DNA from: Gemmatimonadota bacterium
Lineage (GTDB): Bacteria; Gemmatimonadota; Gemmatimonadetes; Longimicrobiales; Gaopeijiaceae
Assembly (NCBI GenBank): GCA_039589315.1
Contig: JBDHHQ010000110.1
Coordinates: 1 to 13,097, forward strand
Direction of reading: 5' to 3'
DNA: 13,097 nt
In this document: piece by piece, positions 7,101 through 13,097 of the stretch
Layout of the letters: each line of letters starts with the position of its first letter
Numbering within the stretch: position 1 is the first letter of the stretch
Translations under genes and position numbers: made by a program
The notes under the pieces: generated by a model
The model's database searches: none
What the model was told of the DNA's origin: nothing
The model's input: the letters and a program-made list of their open reading frames with translations, nothing else

Positions 7101-8053
7101 AGCCACGGCGCCAGCGTCACGACGCCGAGTAGGGTATAGGGCCCGATTGCCATCGCGTGGGCGATCACGGCGAAGGACGCTGCCACACTCTGCTCGACGC
7201 CGAGCAGGGTGAGCGCAAGTGCGGCGAAGTAGTGGTAGGTCCCCACGTACGCGGGCGATGACGGGACGGAAACGCCCACGCCGACCAGGGCGAGCACCAG
7301 GGCCGGGCCCCACCAAGGCAGGGCCAGCCCGAACGCCATCGACACCAGGGTGAGCGAGGCGAAGCCCATCGTCCAGTAGCAGAAGGTGGCCAGCGCCGCG
7401 CCGATAGCCTTTCTGGGAGACGAGAGCACTTCGAAGCCCCTCCGGATGGACTCGGCTCGCGCGGCCACGTTGGCGGCGGCCGCAGGACTGATCCGGCCCA
7501 GCCAGCCCTCGAGAAGTCCTGGAAGGAATCTCGATTTCCCGACCACCAGGACGGTGATCAGTGCCGCTGCCGTTGCGCCGACGAGCAGTCCGACACCCGA
7601 GTCGAAGCCTCGGTCCCTCAGCATCGACTGCGCAACGAGGGCGAAAAGGGCCAGGAGCAGCATGGCGTCGAGCAGCCTCTCGACCGCGGCGGTCGCCAGC
7701 AGGAAAGCTCGGCTCGTCCGTGTGCGGCTGCCCAGGTAGTCGACCCGGATCAGCTCACCCACTCGAAAGGGCAGGATGTTGTTCGCGGTGAAGCCCAGCA
7801 GATGCGAAGCGAAGAGCTCATTGAAGGGGAGGGGACCGGGTTGCGCGGTCGTGATACGCGACCGCCACGCCATCGCCGCGAAGCCGGCCCCTTTGGTTAC
7901 GAGAACGAGGCTGAGGAGAGGGAGAGACACACCGGTGAGCGCCTTCCACATCTCCGCCCAGTCGATCCCGCGCAGCGTGAGGTAGACGAAGAGGGCGGAG
8001 ATCGCCAGGCCCAGCGAGATCAGCGCTTTTCTCGATCGCAGAACGCCGAGCAC
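7043..8053 (-). CDS. Lysylphosphatidylglycerol synthase TM / UPF0104 flippase-like membrane protein
   Basis: Multi-pass hydrophobic protein with AWR, GFTANNILPFRVGELIR, VERLLD and VPSSPAYVGTYH motifs. Confidence 0.9.
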   Translation of the reverse strand: MLGVLRSRKALISLGLAISALFVYLTLRGIDWAEMWKALTGVSLPLLSLVLVTKGAGFAAMAWRSRITTAQPGPLPFNELFASHLLGFTANNILPFRVGELIRVDYLGSRTRTSRAFLLATAAVERLLDAMLLLALFALVAQSMLRDRGFDSGVGLLVGATAAALITVLVVGKSRFLPGLLEGWLGRISPAAAANVAARAESIRRGFEVLSSPRKAIGAALATFCYWTMGFASLTLVSMAFGLALPWWGPALVLALVGVGVSVPSSPAYVGTYHYFAALALTLLGVEQSVAASFAVIAHAMAIGPYTLLGVVTLAPWLHGSPRSEPDAVGAEESRS

Positions 8054-8055
8054 GG

Positions 8056-9915
8056 TCAGCGTTCCGACGCCGGTGGCAACTCACCGGTTGGAGAGTGAGC
8101 GTCCGTGTAAAGCTCTCTTCGATCCAAGTAGTACCGCATCTGGCCGTTCGGTATCTCGGCCGCGGAGGGATGGTCCAGTGGGATCAGCTGCATCCTACAG
8201 TCTTCGGTCCAATGAGCTACATAGCCAGCTCGTGCGGGGAAGAACTCCATGAGCTCCCGATCCCGCGCCGAGCTGAGGTGGTTGGCCCAGATCAAGTCAT
8301 TCCTCAGGTCCGGATCGTTCATGGGCCACCAGAACACGAAATGGCTCGGCACCTCGCCTCCGTCGGGTGTGCACGAGGGCGCGAAGGGGGGGGAGGCGAA
8401 CACGACGGCATTGGTGAGCCCCGCATCCTCCACTGCGCCGAGGGGGGCCTTGACCGAACGGGCGATCTGAGCGACGGCCCTGAAGCGGTGGGGAACGTAG
8501 AGGAGCGAAGCACCGAGGATCAGGGACCCGAGCAAGGTCAAGGGAAACAAACGGTGCTCTGGCGCCCGCCATCGGAACCAACGGTGTAGGCGCTCCAGGC
8601 CGACGCCCGACAGCAAGATGACTGGAATCGCCAGCTCCGTGAGGTGGACGGGTCCGAAGGTGTCGATCCCGGTGTCCTTGAGCGGGACGTGCACGAGCCA
8701 GAAGAGCGCGAGCGCCGCCCAGAGCACGCGGGCCTTCTTCGCGCGGATAGCGAAGAGGAGAAACAGGAACGAGAGTGGCCAGCCGAATAGCGCGAAGTTG
8801 AGACGAAACACACCGAGCGCGAAGATCACCGGCGTATCGGGCTTGAACGCCAGGTTGGCCACCTCCGTTGCCCGGTCGACGTTGAGACCGCTGAAGCGGT
8901 AGTCGTTCTGGGCCGCGTACGACTGAAACGCCTGGTAGGCCGGCTTGAGCGCGTGGCCGGTTTGAGCCCAGTTGATCCAAAGGAAGAGGGCTGCTAGCGC
9001 CGTGACCGGGAGCGCAAAGGCCATCAGCCTGGGCAAGACGGGGTTGCTTTGTCGCAGGAGTCCCCAGAACCAAAGGACCAAGAAAGGGGTCCCGATCCCG
9101 ATCACCGACAGGGGCCTTATGAAGAAGGCGACGCTGAGCATCAACCCGAACCCAGCGTGGACCGCGACGTTGGTCGGTGAGCGGGCGGCCCTCACGGCGA
9201 AGAATGCAGCCCACGTCAGGGCGGCGACCGTTGCCGTATGCGAAAGCCGCGTTGCCGCCATCATCTGGAGCATGGGCGACGCCAGCATCAGGACCACCGC
9301 GATCTGTGCCCAGCGCCGGCTCATGAACTCCTTCGCGAGGCCGTACAGACCGGGGATCGTCAGGCCGGCGATCAGGGCGTTTTCGTATCCGTGCACGCCA
9401 AGCCGCACACCCGGGGCCATGAGGGCCGGCCATCCGAGGAAGTACTGGGAGTAGACCCGTCCGTCGTTTATGAGGAAGATGTGGTCGAAGAACAGCTTCA
9501 ACGGGTGGGACCGGGCATACAGACGGCCCGACGCCAGGAGCTCCGCTGAGAACCTGTACAGCGTCTCGTCATCGGCGAGCGGCATGCCCTGCAGTAGGAA
9601 CGCGCGGAGCGCTGCGGGAATGAGGATCGCGAGTCCCACCGCGACAACGAGGAAGGCCCGTTCGTCGAACCCTCGCCAAACGAACCGGCCGTGACACGCC
9701 GCGTCCAGTCCGGAGGCAAGGAGGATCGCCCCGGCGCCACCCAGGATGGAGTAGTACGTGAGGAAGCGCAGGTATCCCGGCTGAGGGGTCGTGATGCTGC
9801 CGAGGTCGAGGGGAAAATGGTCGTTGAGCAGACCGAGGGCTGGTAGGGCGGCCCACAGGAGAAGTCCAGCGAGGATGAGTTGGATTCCGATGCGCGGACG
9901 CTTGGTTGGGCTCAC
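8056..9915 (-). CDS. GT-C fold membrane glycosyltransferase (ArnT/PMT_2, GT39/GT83-like)
   Basis: Many TM helices, acidic DDETLY motif in the first large external loop, then SQYFLGWPALMAPG, ASPM, FFIRP and NWAQTGH, plus a soluble C-terminal domain. GTGA overlap with the upstream gene. Confidence 0.8.
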   Translation of the reverse strand: MSPTKRPRIGIQLILAGLLLWAALPALGLLNDHFPLDLGSITTPQPGYLRFLTYYSILGGAGAILLASGLDAACHGRFVWRGFDERAFLVVAVGLAILIPAALRAFLLQGMPLADDETLYRFSAELLASGRLYARSHPLKLFFDHIFLINDGRVYSQYFLGWPALMAPGVRLGVHGYENALIAGLTIPGLYGLAKEFMSRRWAQIAVVLMLASPMLQMMAATRLSHTATVAALTWAAFFAVRAARSPTNVAVHAGFGLMLSVAFFIRPLSVIGIGTPFLVLWFWGLLRQSNPVLPRLMAFALPVTALAALFLWINWAQTGHALKPAYQAFQSYAAQNDYRFSGLNVDRATEVANLAFKPDTPVIFALGVFRLNFALFGWPLSFLFLLFAIRAKKARVLWAALALFWLVHVPLKDTGIDTFGPVHLTELAIPVILLSGVGLERLHRWFRWRAPEHRLFPLTLLGSLILGASLLYVPHRFRAVAQIARSVKAPLGAVEDAGLTNAVVFASPPFAPSCTPDGGEVPSHFVFWWPMNDPDLRNDLIWANHLSSARDRELMEFFPARAGYVAHWTEDCRMQLIPLDHPSAAEIPNGQMRYYLDRRELYTDAHSPTGELPPASER

Positions 9916-11456
9916 CCCCGCAGCTCCGGGCGCCGTCTCATGAACTCCAGGAGGCGGGGCAGGTCGACCAGGCGGTTTCCCATACGGCTCACACCCACCG
10001 AGGCGATACAGGCGCCGATGTAGGCACTGACAGGGGGGGGCGCACCGGCCTGGTCAGCAAGCACCACGCCGCTGAGAAAGAGATCCCCGGCGCCTACCGA
10101 ATCGACCGCGATATCCACCAGGGCCGGCAGGTAGGAGGCGCGGAGGCGTCTCGCCTCCTCGTCGAACGGTGAGAAGCTGACGCACCCACGCTGGGCCAAG
10201 GTCACGATCACGCTGCCGGCTCCCGAACGGCGAAGGTAGGAGTGGGCCACCGTAGACAAACCGCTCTCCATGTCTCCCAGAGCGAAGCGGAGCTCTCTCT
10301 CCGTGGGCGTGGCCAGCTTGGGCCCGCCGAACTTCAGGAGATTCGCCTGGCCGCTGGTGCTGACGTCGGCGAACAGGGATCTCGTGGTACCGCCGCTCGA
10401 TGGGCTGAGAGCCCGGCAGAGCCGATCCCCGAAGAACCCGTAACCGAAGTCCGTAGCCACGACGGCGTTGAAGTCGCCCGGCAGCGTTTCGAGGTACCGG
10501 ATCAACCCGTCGACGGCGACGTCCGTCAGCGGCGTATGGAATCCTTCGTTGACCTTCAGGAGCTTCTGCTGCCCGGCCACGTACCTGCGCTTGACGAAGA
10601 GGGGCCGTGCCCCCGACGGCACAGAGACCAGTTCCACTCCGGCCCGCTCGAGCGCCCGCTCGAAGCGCTCGAACATGGGGCCCTGCCCAGCCGAGGTCAG
10701 AAGCGTGGCCTGGGCTCCGAGCGCCGCCAACTGGGACGCGATGAGCGCGCCACCACCGACGTAGAACTCTTCGTCCACCGGTGATACGGAGAGGATGGGG
10801 CTTTCGGGTGCGACCGACGTTCCCTCGCAGAAGACGTAGTGGTCGAGGATCGGGTCGCCGATGACGAGGATCCTCAGGCCCGCTAGAGCGCTGAGCAGCT
10901 CATCGACGCGGGCGCGCTGAATCCCGTGACGACGACAGTAGGCTTCGACACGCTCGTCCCGAAGGCCGAAGGCCTCGGGTCGGTTCTCGATGATCTCCGT
11001 GGAGGAGAAGACGAGGTCGCCCGAGCCGAAGACGATCTCTCCACCGTAGTCGTGTACGATGTTTCTTTCCTCGGCGAAGCGAGGATCTTCGTTCGTCTCG
11101 TATTCACGACCCTTCACGTAAACGTCGGGACGGAGCGCTCCGAGGGCCGGTCCACCCCATGTGGCATCGGCGAGGCAGACGTAGTCCACGAACTCGAGGG
11201 AGGCGAGGTTCTCCAGGCGGAGCTCCTCGGGGATGTAGGGTCGATCGAAGCCCTTACCGACACCGTCGTCCGCGCTCACCGAAACGATGAGGACATCGCC
11301 CAGTGTTCTGGCAAATCGTAAGTATCGAATGTGCCCAGGGTGCACGACGTCGAAACACCCGTGACACTGGACCACCCGCTTGCCCTCCCGTCGCAGGTGT
11401 TCACGGATGACCACGAGGTCATCGATCGGGAGGATCTTGCTGTCCGGATCGCTCAC
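9912..11456 (-). CDS. Bifunctional cytidylyl/adenylyltransferase plus PfkB sugar kinase (HldE/RfaE-like, reversed domain order)
   Basis: N-terminal HGCFDVVHPGH (HxGH), KGFDRP, VYVKG.EY and SSTEII. C-terminal VIGDPILDHY, VGGG, DFGYG and DSVGAGD. Start placed at GTG 11456, which has GGAG 7 nt upstream and avoids overlap with the HAD gene. Confidence 0.9.
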   Translation of the reverse strand: MSDPDSKILPIDDLVVIREHLRREGKRVVQCHGCFDVVHPGHIRYLRFARTLGDVLIVSVSADDGVGKGFDRPYIPEELRLENLASLEFVDYVCLADATWGGPALGALRPDVYVKGREYETNEDPRFAEERNIVHDYGGEIVFGSGDLVFSSTEIIENRPEAFGLRDERVEAYCRRHGIQRARVDELLSALAGLRILVIGDPILDHYVFCEGTSVAPESPILSVSPVDEEFYVGGGALIASQLAALGAQATLLTSAGQGPMFERFERALERAGVELVSVPSGARPLFVKRRYVAGQQKLLKVNEGFHTPLTDVAVDGLIRYLETLPGDFNAVVATDFGYGFFGDRLCRALSPSSGGTTRSLFADVSTSGQANLLKFGGPKLATPTERELRFALGDMESGLSTVAHSYLRRSGAGSVIVTLAQRGCVSFSPFDEEARRLRASYLPALVDIAVDSVGAGDLFLSGVVLADQAGAPPPVSAYIGACIASVGVSRMGNRLVDLPRLLEFMRRRPELRG

Positions 11457-11478
11457 TTCAGGACTCCGTCGGTTCGCT

Positions 11479-12135
11479 TCAACCGGGGGTAGCTCGGACC
11501 CATGGTTGCACGGGCAAGTCGGCAAGGCCGCTGATTCGGTAATCGGCAGGTTCTGCGTCTCCGACGACCACTACGAACGCCCCGGCCTCGGACGCCGCCT
11601 CCGCGCCCGCGGTGGTGTCCTCTACCGCGACGCAACGATTGATCGCAACACCGAGGCGCCGCGCCGCGACAATGAATCCCTCGGGCGAAGGCTTGGGGGC
11701 CGTAACCGCCGAGCCGTCGACGATCGTCTCGAAGGCCCATGTGAGTCCGAGGCTCTCGATCACGATGACGGCGTCGCGACTGTTCGAGACGATGGCTGCG
11801 GGGACCCCGGCGTCCTTCAGAGCGATCAGAAGGCGTTCGCTGCCCTGGGCCCTCGTCACGCGCTGCGACGAGAGAAGGCGACGGAACGCCTCAGCCTTGG
11901 CGTGGGCCACGCGTTCACGGAGCGACGGAGACAGATCGAGAAGGGCCAGCACCTCATGACGAGCAGCGCCCCTTCGGGCTTCCCGTCGGGCGCTTTCGGG
12001 GAAGTGTACGTCGTGCGCTTCGCATGCCAGCTCGTAGGCCTCTACGTGCGCTTCGCTCGAGTCAGCGATCACGCCGTCCAGGTCGAAGAGGAACGCGGCG
12101 GGCAGGAACGGTAGCATGCTCACAGGGTCTGACAT
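11479..12135 (-). CDS. HAD-superfamily phosphatase, beta-phosphoglucomutase-like
   Basis: Motif I FDLDGVIADS, motif II VSNS, motif III KPSPEGF, motif IV VEDTTAG. Start could be 12135 or 12117. Confidence 0.9.
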   Translation of the reverse strand: MSDPVSMLPFLPAAFLFDLDGVIADSSEAHVEAYELACEAHDVHFPESARREARRGAARHEVLALLDLSPSLRERVAHAKAEAFRRLLSSQRVTRAQGSERLLIALKDAGVPAAIVSNSRDAVIVIESLGLTWAFETIVDGSAVTAPKPSPEGFIVAARRLGVAINRCVAVEDTTAGAEAASEAGAFVVVVGDAEPADYRISGLADLPVQPWVRATPG

Positions 12136-12236
12136 GGCCTGGAAGTTGCAGCTGGCACGGGCGAAAGCGAGCGAAACCCATAGCTCGAAAGCAAGAGCCG
12201 CAAAACAAGGACGTCAAGCCTTCGAGGAGGTCTCGC

Positions 12237-13097
12237 GTGCCAAAGGGGCAGCTTCACGTGCTCGTTACGGGCGGCGCCGGATACATCGGCTCGATCCTGG
12301 TTCCCGAGCTCCTGGCCGAGGGGCACCGGGTAACCGTCCTGGATCTGCTGCTTTTCGGCACCGCGCCACTCGCCTCCGTGGCGAACGAGCCGGGGCTCAC
12401 GATCGTGAAGGGGGACCTCCGTGATCCGGACGTTCGAGCCCGGGCCCTGTCCCTCCGTCCCGACGTCGTGATCCACCTGGCGGCCATCTCCAACGACCCC
12501 AGCGCGGAGCTCGATCCCGATGTAACGAAAAGTGTCAATGGGGATGCAACGGAAGCGATCATGCGCGAAGCGAAGCTGCATGGGGTCGGCCGTTTTCTGT
12601 ATGCGTCGTCTGCGAGCATCTACGGGATCAAGGACACCGCGGAAGTCACGGAGGACCTGCCTCCGGACCCGCTTACGCTGTACGCCAGGTACAAGCTGCA
12701 GGGCGAGGAGAAGCTGACCGATCTGGTGGCCGACGATTTCGTCGGCGTCTCCGTGCGCTCGGCCACCGTCTGCGGGGACTCACCGAGGCTCCGACTGGAC
12801 CTCACGATCAACCTCCTTTCCGACCATGCCTTGAGGCTCGGACGCATCCGCGTATTCGGCGGATCCCAGATGCGGCCCAACGTCCACGTTCGCGATCTCA
12901 CCGCGTTCTATCGGCTGCTCCTTCACGCGGACTCGGAATCGGTCAATGGTCAGGCCTTCAACGTGTCCCTGCGAAACGCCACGGTCATGGATCTCGCAGA
13001 GATGGTGGCGGATCAGCTCGGCGGAGGAATACCGGTCGACGTGGAGCCGACAGACGACGTGCGCTCGTACCACCTGTCCGGGCGCCGGGCGAAGGAT
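12237..13097 (+). CDS. NAD-dependent epimerase/dehydratase (extended SDR), truncated by the window end
   Basis: Not in the ORF track because no stop codon falls inside the window. GAGGAGG SD at 12224-12230, GTG at 12237. Manual translation: MPKGQLHVLVTGGAGYIGS...VIHLAAISNDP...YASSASIYG...YARYK...RPNVHVRD, containing GxxGxxG and YxxxK. Confidence 0.93.
   Translation, partial: MPKGQLHVLVTGGAGYIGSILVPELLAEGHRVTVLDLLLFGTAPLASVANEPGLTIVKGDLRDPDVRARALSLRPDVVIHLAAISNDPSAELDPDVTKSVNGDATEAIMREAKLHGVGRFLYASSASIYGIKDTAEVTEDLPPDPLTLYARYKLQGEEKLTDLVADDFVGVSVRSATVCGDSPRLRLDLTINLLSDHALRLGRIRVFGGSQMRPNVHVRDLTAFYRLLLHADSESVNGQAFNVSLRNATVMDLAEMVADQLGGGIPVDVEPTDDVRSYHLSGRRAKD

Noticed and set aside
8297..9433. 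Long alternative-frame ORFs (378 aa here; also 4119-4907, 11380-12114, 1062-1649, 6234-6836)
   Set aside because: They overlap well-supported genes, show no family motifs and are mostly Arg/Gly/Pro-rich, as expected of shadow ORFs in high-GC DNA.
11457..11525. TTG-started N-terminal extension (MPTCPCNH...) of the HldE-like protein
   Set aside because: It overlaps the HAD gene, whereas GTG 11456 has a good SD and sits just before the recognisable domain.
12155..12215. c-di-GMP-I riboswitch-like look (GAAAC...GAAA...CGCAAA)
   Set aside because: No proper stem closes the GAAA loop and no recognisable second hairpin follows.
12153..12242. Sigma54 promoters at the two TGGCACG motifs
   Set aside because: Neither has GC at the required GG-N10-GC spacing (plus strand gives AG, minus strand gives CT).
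1..13097. CRISPR array, tRNA/rRNA, IS element or anti-phage system
   Set aside because: No regularly spaced repeats, RNA gene signatures, transposase/integrase motifs or defence domains were seen by eye.

Overview
High-GC bacterial window (host not identifiable from sequence alone), with no RNA genes, transposases or CRISPR arrays recognised. Left part (1-2563): a membrane-anchored Methyltransf_24-type SAM methyltransferase, then a divergent pair of a TetR regulator and a secreted His-rich DUF5602/TTHB210-like protein. That pair has back-to-back sigma70 promoters sharing one -35 site, a palindromic operator and an apparently leaderless tetR mRNA. A degenerate stretch (2564-3180) carries a methyltransferase gene remnant. 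The rest is a cell-surface glycan-type locus. A plus-strand unit encodes comB, an ATP-grasp ligase, comA, a VOC protein and a GT2 glycosyltransferase. It converges on a minus-strand unit encoding a HAD phosphatase, a nucleotidyltransferase-PfkB kinase fusion (HldE-like, reversed domain order), a GT-C glycosyltransferase and a UPF0104/LPG-synthase-TM flippase-like protein. A divergent NAD-dependent epimerase/dehydratase, missing from the ORF track, runs off the right edge. The leading hypothesis is that the first two coenzyme M enzymes (ComA/ComB) are repurposed to make sulfolactate, which the ATP-grasp enzyme ligates to a sugar, and that a GT2/flippase/GT-C lipid-carrier relay delivers this to the cell surface as a sulfonate decoration. 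This is inference from gene context only.
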